DNA of 21,416 nucleotides from a bacterium. GTDB taxonomy: Bacteria; Methylomirabilota; Methylomirabilia; CAVQYV01. The notes beneath the pieces were generated by a model. The model saw only the letters and a program-made list of their open reading frames with translations, was not told the origin of the DNA and searched no databases. Position 1 is the first letter of the stretch; each line of letters opens with the position of its first letter. The translations under genes were made by a program, and so were the position numbers. Shown here piece after piece: positions 7,745 through 17,300 of this stretch. The stretch covers positions 1 through 21,416 of the forward strand of contig JAZDMQ010000163.1 of NCBI GenBank assembly GCA_043800755.1. Direction: 5' to 3'.

Positions 7745-9273
7745 CTGCCGACTTCTATCGCCAACCTTCCTACAAGTGGTTCGTCAATGCGACCGTTACC
7801 GTGGGGGGGATGATCTTCTTCCTGGACGCAAATACGGTCCCCATCGCCGTCCCTTGGATGATGGCCTCTTTTGGGGTCGATATCGATAAGATCCAATGGG
7901 TGGTCAACGCCTATATGATCGCGGTGGCCGTTGCCATGCCCACCCTGGGCTGGTTGGGCGGTCGATTCGGCTACAAGCGGGTTTTCATCGCCGCCCTGGT
8001 CTTCTATATCGGGGGGGGTCTACTCTGCGCCGTGGCCACGGATATCGATTTCCTCATTGCCTTTCGAATTCTGCAGGGACTGGCGGCGGCAGCGCTCACC
8101 ACGGTCCCCCTTGCCTTCATCTTCGATCTCTTCCCGTTAGAGGAGAGAGGGATGGCTATTGGCTTTTACAGCCTCGGCTCTTGCCTTCCCGCCGCCCTTT
8201 CCCCCGCCCTGGCCGGCTATGTCACAGAACATATGGGGTGGCCCTGGATATTCTATGTGGTCACCCCGATCGGGCTCCTCTGTCTGCTGGCTTCTATTCT
8301 ATTGTTGAAGGATGTCAGGTCGGGAAATGGCCTGGGCTTCGATTTCAAGGGCTTCATTGCGATGACCGGCTTTCTGGTCACCCTCCTCATTGCCCTCAGC
8401 CGGGGGCAACGATGGGGTTGGCGCTCTGATTACATCCTTAGCCTATTCGCTGCCTCCGCGATCTTCCTGGTCCTCTTCTTGTGGTGGGAGTACCAATCCA
8501 AGAACCCCCTGGTGCAACTCTCCCTCTACAAGAGCCCCGTCTTCCTCATCTCCTCTCTGATCAGTCTGGTCTTTGGGGTCGGGTTCTTTGGCACGAACTT
8601 CCTCCTCCCCCTATTCATCCAGGATCTCTCCGGGTATTCCCCGGTCCAATACGGATGGCTGATGGCCCCAGGGATTGTGGTCCTGGGGGCCATCAGTTAC
8701 CTCTCAGGGAAGATGGTCGATCACATGGACGCCCGGATTCCCTTGGTCCTGGGGCTCCTTTGTTTTATCGCCGCCTTCTATTGGCTCTCTCGGCTCGATA
8801 CTGCCTCCGGGGTACTGGCGATCGCAGGAATGATCGTGCTGCGCAGTCTGGGCATGAGCTTCATCTATCCGCCCGTCATGTACGTCTCGCTCAATTCGGT
8901 CCCCCCCGCATCCGTGGGGCTGGCAGCGGGCCTCATCAATGTCATCCGCCAGATTGGCGGGAGCTTCGGCATTGCCAGCCTGAGCACCTTGCTGGAGAGG
9001 CGGGACATCTTTCACCGGGGCGTTTATGGGGAGGCCCTGAATCTGAACTCTCCCGTCCTGCAGAAGTTTCTCTTTTCTCTCAAATCCTCCATCCTCTTCC
9101 AGGCTGGCGGATCTCCCGATCAGGTCAAGGACCAAGCCCTGGCGCTGTTGATCCGAGAGTGCAAGCGCCAGGCCCAGATTGCGGCCTTCGATGATTGCTT
9201 TTACCTTACCCTTTTCATTTTTCTGGCAACCTTCATTCCTACCCTGCTCCTCAAGGGGAAGCCCCGCCAGTAA
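7741..9273 (+). CDS. emrB: DHA2 (EmrB/QacA) MFS efflux permease
   Basis: LDANTVPIAVP, QWVVNAY, motif A GWLGGRFGYKR, FRILQG, RQIGGSFGIA, AFDDCF; ATGA overlap with emrA. Confidence 0.92.
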   Translation: MTADFYRQPSYKWFVNATVTVGGMIFFLDANTVPIAVPWMMASFGVDIDKIQWVVNAYMIAVAVAMPTLGWLGGRFGYKRVFIAALVFYIGGGLLCAVATDIDFLIAFRILQGLAAAALTTVPLAFIFDLFPLEERGMAIGFYSLGSCLPAALSPALAGYVTEHMGWPWIFYVVTPIGLLCLLASILLLKDVRSGNGLGFDFKGFIAMTGFLVTLLIALSRGQRWGWRSDYILSLFAASAIFLVLFLWWEYQSKNPLVQLSLYKSPVFLISSLISLVFGVGFFGTNFLLPLFIQDLSGYSPVQYGWLMAPGIVVLGAISYLSGKMVDHMDARIPLVLGLLCFIAAFYWLSRLDTASGVLAIAGMIVLRSLGMSFIYPPVMYVSLNSVPPASVGLAAGLINVIRQIGGSFGIASLSTLLERRDIFHRGVYGEALNLNSPVLQKFLFSLKSSILFQAGGSPDQVKDQALALLIRECKRQAQIAAFDDCFYLTLFIFLATFIPTLLLKGKPRQ

Positions 9274-9454
9274 TCTGCGAGGCTCGCCAACTTCGTGACA
9301 ATCTGTTGAGAAAGGATGCTCTTCGCCTTGATTTAAGGGAAGAGGGGGTGGGAAGAAGACCAAAGATAGAACCCGCTGGAGGCTTCGTCCAGCCCCAAAT
9401 AACGGATCGACCTCGGGTTGGCCAAAATAATTTGAAGATAGCCCTTGATTTTTA

Positions 9455-9482
9455 TTGACATCCACAATATACTTTGTATAAA
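9455..9482 (+). promoter_or_regulatory. Sigma70 promoter with an overlapping palindrome, upstream of the cupredoxin-like/tlpA genes
   Basis: TTGACA (9455-9460), 16 nt, TATAAA (9477-9482); palindrome TATAC-TTT-GTATA at 9468-9480 overlaps the -10. Confidence 0.55.
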
Positions 9483-9616
9483 AGAGATATCTCAAGGAAA
9501 CCACGAATCGAGAGGAGGTGGATGGCGAAAAGAAAAAAGGGGGGGTTGCCTGTAATCCTCTGGTGAATGGTGTGATGGAGGGAGAAGCGAGGATCCTGTA
9601 AAGGAGGTATGGATTT

Positions 9617-10042
9617 ATGAGAAAGAGCTTATTTTTTAAGAAATGGACAATCGCCTTGTTGGTTCTGGCTTTGGCGGTAGGCTTGGCCCTCGTAGCCACG
9701 GCGGTGGAAAAGAAACCCGCCGGTACCACCAAGATGATCATCATCTCGGATGGCAAGATTAGCCCGGCGACGGCCAACATCACCAAAGGCACCACGGTGA
9801 TCTGGCTCAATAACGCCATGGGGAATGTGAATATCTTCTTCTCCAAAGGCAAAGAGGTAGAGGCAGTGTGCGCTGCCCCCACTCGTTTCGCCTTAGACAC
9901 CGATGGGAAATACAACTCGGGAGCCATCCCCCGGGGTGCAACCGCTTCGGTGTGCTTCATCGAGGCCGGAAAATACGAGTATACGGTAACTGGGTTTGAA
10001 AGAGGGACCACCACCCTCACTGGCAAAATCGTAGTAAAATAG
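9617..10042 (+). CDS. Exported cupredoxin-fold protein lacking type-1 copper ligands
   Basis: AAGGAGGT SD; signal peptide; ISPATANITKGTTVIWLN...SGAIPRGATASVCFIEAGKYEYTV...GKIVVK follows the plastocyanin/amicyanin strand pattern; contains no His. Confidence 0.75.
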   Translation: MRKSLFFKKWTIALLVLALAVGLALVATAVEKKPAGTTKMIIISDGKISPATANITKGTTVIWLNNAMGNVNIFFSKGKEVEAVCAAPTRFALDTDGKYNSGAIPRGATASVCFIEAGKYEYTVTGFERGTTTLTGKIVVK

Positions 10043-10169
10043 AGAAAATCTCTCAGCGGGCGCATCTACCTTCGAGTGAGCACAGAGCGCCGCGGCATTG
10101 AATTGCCCCAAGGGGAGGAGTCGAGACCAATTCGAATCCTCCCTTTTCTTTTTTGATAGGAGTCAGCTA

Positions 10170-10706
10170 ATGGACCTCTGGAAGAAAGGCGGTCTCTTAT
10201 CCGTTGCCCTCTTGCTCTTGGCCGCGGCTTCTGGTTTCCCTCCACTCAAAGATGTCCAGGCCGCGGATTACGCCCAGATCAATGCCCCCGCGCCGGACTT
10301 CACCCTCTCCGATCTCGAAGGCAAGGAGGTTTCCCTTTCCGGACTCAAAGGCAAGGTCATTGTCCTGACCTTCTGGTCCATCTGGTGCAATCCCTGTCGT
10401 CAGGAGTTGCCGGTGCTGGATGCCTTAGATAAGCGATACCAGGAGAGGGGATTGAAGGTAATCGGGGTAACTATCGATCGAGATTCAGTGGGGTCCATTC
10501 AGGAATTCGTCACGAAGCATGACCTGTGCTTCCCCATACTCTTGGATCGGGAGAGAAAGGCGATGAAGGCTTATCGGGCTCATTTCCTTCCCACCACTTT
10601 CGTCCTGAATCGGGAGGGGGTCGTCGTAGATAAGAAGGTCGGGATCCACAATTGGATGTCCCCCGAATCCCAAAGTTCTATTGAGGGGTTGCTGAAGAAG
10701 AAATAA
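10170..10706 (+). CDS. TlpA/ResA-like thiol-disulfide oxidoreductase (exported or membrane-anchored)
   Basis: APDFTLSDLEGKEVSLSGLKGKVIVLTFWSIWCNPCRQELP and LPTTFVL cis-Pro motif; hydrophobic N-terminus from ATG 10170 with AGGAG SD. Confidence 0.9.
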   Translation: MDLWKKGGLLSVALLLLAAASGFPPLKDVQAADYAQINAPAPDFTLSDLEGKEVSLSGLKGKVIVLTFWSIWCNPCRQELPVLDALDKRYQERGLKVIGVTIDRDSVGSIQEFVTKHDLCFPILLDRERKAMKAYRAHFLPTTFVLNREGVVVDKKVGIHNWMSPESQSSIEGLLKKK

Positions 10707-10840
10707 TGCCCGATCCTCCGGGACCTGGGGCGAGCGCTGGCGAGGACCACCGAGTGGGGGGAGTTGTGGGGAATGGAAAGGAAGGTTGGGAGATCTTTAC
10801 AATAAAGGAATTAGCCCTTCGGGATCAAGTCGCCGATCGG

Positions 10841-11590
10841 CTACTCTTGCAGGATTCTTTCCTCCCCCGAATAGAGGTTCATCCTCTTCCCTCGGGCAAA
10901 ACCGATCAGAGTCATATTCTTTTCCCTGCACAATTGAACCGCCTCATAGGTAGGGGCACTCCGGGAGCACATGATCGGAACCCTGGCTCTCAATACCTTG
11001 TGGACGATTTCGGTTGAAATCCTACCGGTCGTCAGAAGGATCGTTTCTCTCATATCGAGACCTTTAATCAGCGCCTCACCTATGACCTTATCAATCGCAT
11101 TGTGCCTACCAATGTCCTCATGAAAAATCAAAATCCTCTCTCCATCGGAAAAACAGGCACTATGCACGCTCCCTGTCCTTTGGAATTCCGATGATTTGTT
11201 CTGAAATTCGTGCATGAGGTATGAGATTTTCTGGGCGAGGATTCTCATGGGCGATTGAATCCTTTCCGCCGGCTTCATCTCAACCTCCAGGACCACACCC
11301 CTTCCACAGCCTGAGGTATAAGTGATCCTTTGAGGGTAGGCGAGGTCGATATGAACGGTGGAGCTCTTTTCGTTGATCATATGTTTCTTTATTTCGGAGA
11401 ATGAATGAATTATGCCTGAAGAAAATAGGAAACCAACGCTCAACTCTCTGATATGGCGGGGGGTACAAAGCATGGATACCAATTCCTCATCCCCGAGGCA
11501 GATGGTGAATACCCCCTCCTCGGTGACCGAATCCACCGCCCGCTCTCTTCTCCCCTCCCATACCCTTAATATTTCCAATTCTATGGTCAT
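10841..11590 (-). CDS. fdhD: Formate dehydrogenase accessory sulfurtransferase FdhD
   Basis: CTP...LSVGFLFS, SGCG, FQRTGSVHSA, EDIGRHNAIDK, TGRIS, SRSAPT, GFARG; located downstream of the FDH alpha subunit. Confidence 0.95.
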   Translation of the reverse strand: MTIELEILRVWEGRRERAVDSVTEEGVFTICLGDEELVSMLCTPRHIRELSVGFLFSSGIIHSFSEIKKHMINEKSSTVHIDLAYPQRITYTSGCGRGVVLEVEMKPAERIQSPMRILAQKISYLMHEFQNKSSEFQRTGSVHSACFSDGERILIFHEDIGRHNAIDKVIGEALIKGLDMRETILLTTGRISTEIVHKVLRARVPIMCSRSAPTYEAVQLCREKNMTLIGFARGKRMNLYSGEERILQE

Positions 11591-11679
11591 CGAATCTCAG
11601 GTCTTTCCCCCCGATTCCGGGTAGGGCCTAATAGCCCATTGGGGAAGAGCTGCCTGCCCAATGACGATGGCCTCCACTT

Positions 11680-14373
11680 TCAAGCTTCTACCCGTACGGC
11701 GCAGACTTTGAACTCGGGGATCTTGGCTACCGGGTCCAAAGCCGCAATGGTGAGGCGATTGGCGGGAGCTTCTCGGTAGTGGAAGGCCAGAAAGAGCGTC
11801 CCCGGCGTGACCCGGTCGGTGATCCGAGCGCCAATCTCGATTTGTCCCCTCCGAGATATGATCCGTACCCGCTTACCCTCTTCAATGCCGAGGGAGAGGG
11901 CATCGGTTGGATGGATCTCGATGGCACCGACCGAAACCAGCCTATCCAATACCTCCGCCCGCCGAGACATCGTGCCGGTGTGGAAGTGTTCCAGGATTCG
12001 ACCGGTGGAAAGGAGGAAGGGGAATTCTTCGTCCGGGAGCTCCATGGGGGGGATGAACTCCACCGCATGGAACTTGCCCAGCCCCCGAGTAAATAGATCT
12101 TGATGTAGATAGGGCGTTCCCGGATGCTGTCGATCCGGGCAGGGCCACTGGAGCGATCCTTTCTCCAACCGCTCATAAATGATGCCTCCATAGCTGGGGG
12201 TCAGGCTGGCGATCTCGTCCTGAATCACCGAGACTTCATCGTAGGCCATACGATAGCCCATTCGCTGGGCCAGGTCGCAGAGGATAACCCAGTCCTCCCG
12301 GGCCTGACCCGGAGGCTCAATGCCCTTACGGACGCGCTGGACGCGCCGTTCGGTATTGGTAAAAGTTCCCTCCTTTTCCGCAATACCCGCCGCGGGGAGG
12401 ACGACATGGGCGAGACGGGCCGTCTCCGAAAGGAAGATGTCCTGGACCACCAGAAAATCGAGCTTATCCAGGGCCTCCTCCACATGGTTCACATCGGGGT
12501 TGCTGAGCATCGGGTTTTCGCCCATTATATAGAGGGCCTTCAACTTCCCTTCTTTAGCGGCATTGATCATCTCCACCATGGTCAACCCAATCTGACCCGG
12601 AAGCTTGACCCCCCAGGCCTCCTCGAATTTGGAACGGACCTTCTCGTCATCCGCCCGCTGATAACCCGGATACACATTTGGCAGCGCCCCCATATCGCAG
12701 GCCCCCTGGACATTGTTTTGTCCCCGGAGGGGATTCACGCCGGCTCCCCTCTTGCCGACATTGCCCGTCACCATCGCCAGGTTGGCCAGGGCCATGACAT
12801 TATCGGTGCCGCTGATGTGCTGGGTGATGCCCATTGAATAGACAATGGATGCCGCACCCGCTTGAGCAAAAAGGCGTGCCGCCCGGATGATTTCTTCCGC
12901 CGGGACCCCGGTGATCTTCTCCCCCAAGTCGGGGGTATAGGGGAGCACGGCTTGGCGAAGCTCCTCGAAGCCCTCGGTTCGTGCCGCGATGAACTGCCGA
13001 TCCTCCAGGCCCTCGTGGAGGATGACATGCACCATGGCGTTGATCAGGGCGACATCGGTCCCGCCCTTCTGCCGCAGGTGGATGGTGGCATATTCGGTCA
13101 GCTCAATCGATCGAGGATCGGCAATAATCAGCGGGACCTGGCGATGGACAGCGGCTCGCTTGATGGCGGAGCCGATGATCGGATGGCACTCGGTGGTATT
13201 CGAGCCGATGACCAGGATGCAATCGGTCAGGTCGAAATCCTCTATGGAATTGGTCATTGCCCCGCTGCCGAAGGCACGGGTCAGGCCGGCTACCGTAGAG
13301 GCGTGGCAGAGGCGCGCACAGTGGTCGATGTTGTGGGTGCCGATCACGGCGCGGATGAACTTCTGCATGAGATAGTTTTCCTCGTTGGTGCACTTGGCCG
13401 AGGAAAACCCCCCGATGGCGTCCGAGCCAAATCGCTCTTTGATCTCGGAGAGCCGCTCAGCCACTAAATTCAGGGCCTCTTCCCAGGTGGCAGGTAGGAG
13501 CCGTCCGTTCTTGCGGATCAGGGGCTCAGATAACCGCTCTTTATGGCCAATGAAATCCAGGCCAAATCGCCCTTTGACGCACAACAGGCCTTTATTGATC
13601 CCCAAATCCGGCTGACCAGTGATCTGGACGAGGCGATGGTCTCGGATATTCAACACGATCGTGCATCCGCATCCGCAATAGGGACAGATCGTGGGGACCT
13701 GCTGGTATTCCCAGGCCCGTCCGGTACCTCTGGCTCCGGTATAAGCCAGTGCCCCGGTGGGGCAAACGTCCAGGCAGTTGCCACACTCCGCACAGGTGGA
13801 TTCCTCTCGCGACTGGCCTGGGGGCAGGGAGATGCGGGTATCGAATCCCCGCCCCCAATAATCGATGGCCCCTCTGACCTCCACCTGATGGCACACTTCC
13901 ACGCACCGGCCGCAGAGGATACACTTGCTGCGATCATAGACGATGGCCGGTCCATCTTGAACGGGTTCCAGCGACACCGGTTCCCCTCGGAAGCTCGGTT
14001 CCTTCACCCCTAACTGGTAGGCATATCTTTGGAGTTCACAATCCCCCGCCCGATCACAGGTCAGGCAGTCATGGGGATGGTTGGAGAGCAGGAGCTCTAT
14101 CATGAATCGGCGCACCTGATGGAGCTTCTCCGTATTCGTGCGGACCACCATGCCCTTCCCCGCCTCATAAGAGCAGGAGGCCACCAACGATTTGGCCCCT
14201 TCCACCTCCACCAAGCAGAGGCGGCATGAACTGGTGGGAGGCAAGCCCAGGGCCGGGTCGTGACAGAGGTGAGGGATATCGATTCCCGCCCGGATGGCGG
14301 CCTCCAGGATGGTGGTTCGTGGGGGGACGATAACCTCTACACTATCGATCGTCAGAGAGACTTCATTGGCCAT
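11680..14373 (-). CDS. fdhF: Formate dehydrogenase alpha subunit (Mo/W-bisPGD, Cys-ligated) with NuoG/HydA-like N-terminal Fe-S domains
   Basis: [2Fe-2S] (LCH...CRLC...SC), HPHDCLTCDRAGDC, two CxxCxxCxxxC motifs, CPYCGCGC...LCVKGRF, active site HCARLCHAS (TGC at 13306-13308), PLRGQNNVQG, C-terminal KIPEFKVCAV; no Tat signal. Confidence 0.95.
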   Translation of the reverse strand: MANEVSLTIDSVEVIVPPRTTILEAAIRAGIDIPHLCHDPALGLPPTSSCRLCLVEVEGAKSLVASCSYEAGKGMVVRTNTEKLHQVRRFMIELLLSNHPHDCLTCDRAGDCELQRYAYQLGVKEPSFRGEPVSLEPVQDGPAIVYDRSKCILCGRCVEVCHQVEVRGAIDYWGRGFDTRISLPPGQSREESTCAECGNCLDVCPTGALAYTGARGTGRAWEYQQVPTICPYCGCGCTIVLNIRDHRLVQITGQPDLGINKGLLCVKGRFGLDFIGHKERLSEPLIRKNGRLLPATWEEALNLVAERLSEIKERFGSDAIGGFSSAKCTNEENYLMQKFIRAVIGTHNIDHCARLCHASTVAGLTRAFGSGAMTNSIEDFDLTDCILVIGSNTTECHPIIGSAIKRAAVHRQVPLIIADPRSIELTEYATIHLRQKGGTDVALINAMVHVILHEGLEDRQFIAARTEGFEELRQAVLPYTPDLGEKITGVPAEEIIRAARLFAQAGAASIVYSMGITQHISGTDNVMALANLAMVTGNVGKRGAGVNPLRGQNNVQGACDMGALPNVYPGYQRADDEKVRSKFEEAWGVKLPGQIGLTMVEMINAAKEGKLKALYIMGENPMLSNPDVNHVEEALDKLDFLVVQDIFLSETARLAHVVLPAAGIAEKEGTFTNTERRVQRVRKGIEPPGQAREDWVILCDLAQRMGYRMAYDEVSVIQDEIASLTPSYGGIIYERLEKGSLQWPCPDRQHPGTPYLHQDLFTRGLGKFHAVEFIPPMELPDEEFPFLLSTGRILEHFHTGTMSRRAEVLDRLVSVGAIEIHPTDALSLGIEEGKRVRIISRRGQIEIGARITDRVTPGTLFLAFHYREAPANRLTIAALDPVAKIPEFKVCAVRVEA

Positions 14374-14394
14374 GGATCACCCTTCCTCGAGGCT

Positions 14395-17300
14395 TCAATC
14401 CAGGTCACACCGGAGGCACCGGCGGGCCTCGGCGCAGGCCGCCTGAAGGGAATATCCCTTGAATATCTCCATAAAATTGCCCTTTCGTTTCCTGGGGGGT
14501 GTCCCCCGGATCGCCTGGCGAGGGGCCGCGGCCTCCTGCTCATCCGGCTTGCTACGGCCGGGAAACCCCCGGGCCGGAGGAAGCTCGCCTTTGCCGCCTA
14601 AGAAGAGGTCAATGGCCTGGGCGGCCCGCTGGCCCGCAGCAATGGCCTCGATGATGGTAGCGGGCCCGGTGACCGCGTCTCCCCCAGCAAAGAGGTTGCC
14701 TTCTCCGCTCCGCTGCGTCACCGGATGGGCTGAGATCCGCCCCTTCGCCACGACCAGTTGACCGTCGGAGGCGGCAAAACTCAGTTCCGGGCCCTGGCCG
14801 ATGGCCACGATCACCTGGTCGGCCTCCATGACCACCTCGCCTCCTGGTTTGGGGATGGGTCTTCGGCGTCCGCTTTCATCGGCCTCCCCGAGTTCCATCT
14901 CGATGATCCGAATCGCCCTGACGCTCCCGTTCCCTTCGATCGCAATAGGGGCCACCAGGAATTGCATCTCCACCCCCTCCAAGAGGGCCTCTTCGATCTC
15001 CTCCCGGATGGCAGGCATCTCCTCGCGGCTGCGCCGATAGAGCAAGGACACCGAATCTGCTCCCAATCTCAAGGCGGTGCGGGCCGAGTCGATGGCCGCA
15101 TTGCCCCCCCCGATGACCACCACTCGCCCGGGTAGAGATGTGAGTTCGCCCAGGTTGATCCTCCGCAGGAAACTCACCGCATCCTGCACCCCCTGGGTAT
15201 CTTCGCCAGGGATGTTTAAACGACTGCTCTGGTGGGCACCCACGGCCACGAAGATGGCATCGAAATTGGCCTCTCGCAATTCCCGGAGCGATGCAATCCG
15301 CCGACCGGTCTCGATCTCCACCCCGGCCCGACGGATGTACTCAATGTCACGCTGAAGGACTTGGCGCGGCAAACGATAGGGGGGGATCCCTGCTGCCAGT
15401 ACACCTCCCACTACATCCAGGGCCTCGTAGACTTTGACCTCCCGGCCCATCAAGGCCAGGAAATAGGCGGCGGTCAAGCCCGCTGGCCCGGAGCCGATGA
15501 CTGCCACCCGCCCCTGGCGAGGGCCTCTCCATTTGGGCGGGGCTCCGATTTCTCTTACCCTATCCGAAACGAATCGCTTGAGATGGCGGATGGCAACCGG
15601 CTCATCCAGGTCGCCGCGGCGACAGAAGGTCTCGCAGGGATGATCACAGGCCCGACCGCAGACCGAGGGAAACGGGTTTCTTCTTCGGATGACCTCCAAC
15701 GCCTCGGCCAACCGGCCCTCGGCGACCAGGGCGACATAATCCTGGACGCTCACATGGGCGGGACAGGCACTGCTGCAGGTGGTGCTCACCAGAGATTTGC
15801 ACGCGTGGGAGGGGCAGCGTTTCTCGACGATGTGGGCCTCATATTCATCGCGGAAGTAGCGGATCGTAGAGAGGACGGGGTTGGGTGCCGTCTGGCCCAG
15901 TCCGCATAGGGAGGCCTCTCGAACCACCTCCCCCAATTGGGCGAGTTGGTCGATCTCCGTGAGCTCGGCCTGGCCAGCGGTGATTCGGGCGAGGATTTCC
16001 GCCATCCTCTTGGTTCCCACCCGACAGGGGACGCACTTCCCGCAGGACTCACTCTGGACGAAATCGGTGAAGAACTTCGCGATATCCACCATACAGGTAG
16101 CCTGGTCCATGACGATCAGACCCCCGGATCCCATGATGGCGCCAATCATCTGCACCGAATCATAGTCGAGGGGCACATCCAGGTAGCGAGCCGGAACGCA
16201 TCCCCCCGATGGCCCCCCGATCTGGGCCGCCTTGAATCTTCGACCGTGGGGGATGCCTCCCCCGATGTCAAAGATAATCTCCCGCAGAGTAGTGCCCATC
16301 GGCACCTCCACCAGCCCGGTGTTATTGACCTTTCCCGCCAGGGCGAAGATCTTCGTCCCCCTGGAGCCTTCCGTTCCGATTTGGGCGTAGGCCGCGGCGC
16401 CCTTCTCCAGGATTCGCGGGACATTGGCCCAAGTCTCCACATTGTTGATGTTGCTGGGTTTCCCGAATAGCCCCGAAGTAGCCGGGAACGGCGGGCGAGG
16501 CCTCGGCATGCCGCGCCTCCCCTCAATCGAGGCGATGAGGGCGGTCTCCTCACCGCAGACGAAGGCCCCGGCCCCTTTGCGGATCTCGAGATCGAAGTCA
16601 AATCCCGTTCCCAGGATATCCTCTCCCAAAAGGCCAGCCTGGCGAGCCTGGTCTAAGGCGATTTCGGTATGCTCAATGGCAATGGGATATTCGGCCCGCA
16701 CATAGATGAACCCCTTGGCCGCTCCGATGGCATAAGCCCCGATGATCATCCCCTCGATCACCAAGTGTGGATCTCCCTCCAGCAGTGCTCGGTCCATGAA
16801 GGCCCCCGGATCGCCCTCGTCAGCATTGCAGATGATATATTTGGGCTGGCCCGCAGCGCATCGAACGAATTCCCACTTTCGACCGGTGGGGAACCCCGCC
16901 CCGCCTCGACCGCGAAGGCCCGAGGCGATCACCTCGGCGATGATCCCCTCGGGGGGCATCCTCGAGAACGCATCCGCCGCGGCCAAATAGGCCCCATGGG
17001 CCACGGCGTCTTCCAGGCTCCTGGGATCCACTACCCCACAGTTTCTCAACACCACACGGGTTTGCCGCCTATAAAATGGGATGTCCCGCTGCCGGGAGAT
17101 CGCCTGCCTTTCCGAGGACCAGCACAGATGGCGGATCGTCTTTCCCCCCAAAATGGTGGTCTCGATGATCTCCGGCACATCATGAGGGGTGACATTCTGA
17201 TAGAAGATCCCCCGAGGGTCGATTACCATCGCCACTGCTCCCGCACACAATCCGTGGCACCCGGTCCGAACCACTTGGACCCGATCCCCCAGGCCGAGCC

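Noticed and set aside
8704..10065. 453-aa minus-strand ORF
   Set aside because: It is antisense to emrB, a promoter region and the cupredoxin-like gene, and has no recognisable motifs; it is a shadow ORF.
10706..11017. 103-aa plus-strand ORF after tlpA
   Set aside because: More than half is antisense to fdhD and it has no recognisable features.
11637..11663. Inverted repeat CATTGGG/CCCAATG between fdhF and fdhD
   Set aside because: No U tract; at most an mRNA-stabilising hairpin.
13306..13308. Selenocysteine in the FDH active site
   Set aside because: The codon is TGC (Cys). No in-frame TGA occurs, and no TGA-ended gene in the window appears truncated at a Cys position.
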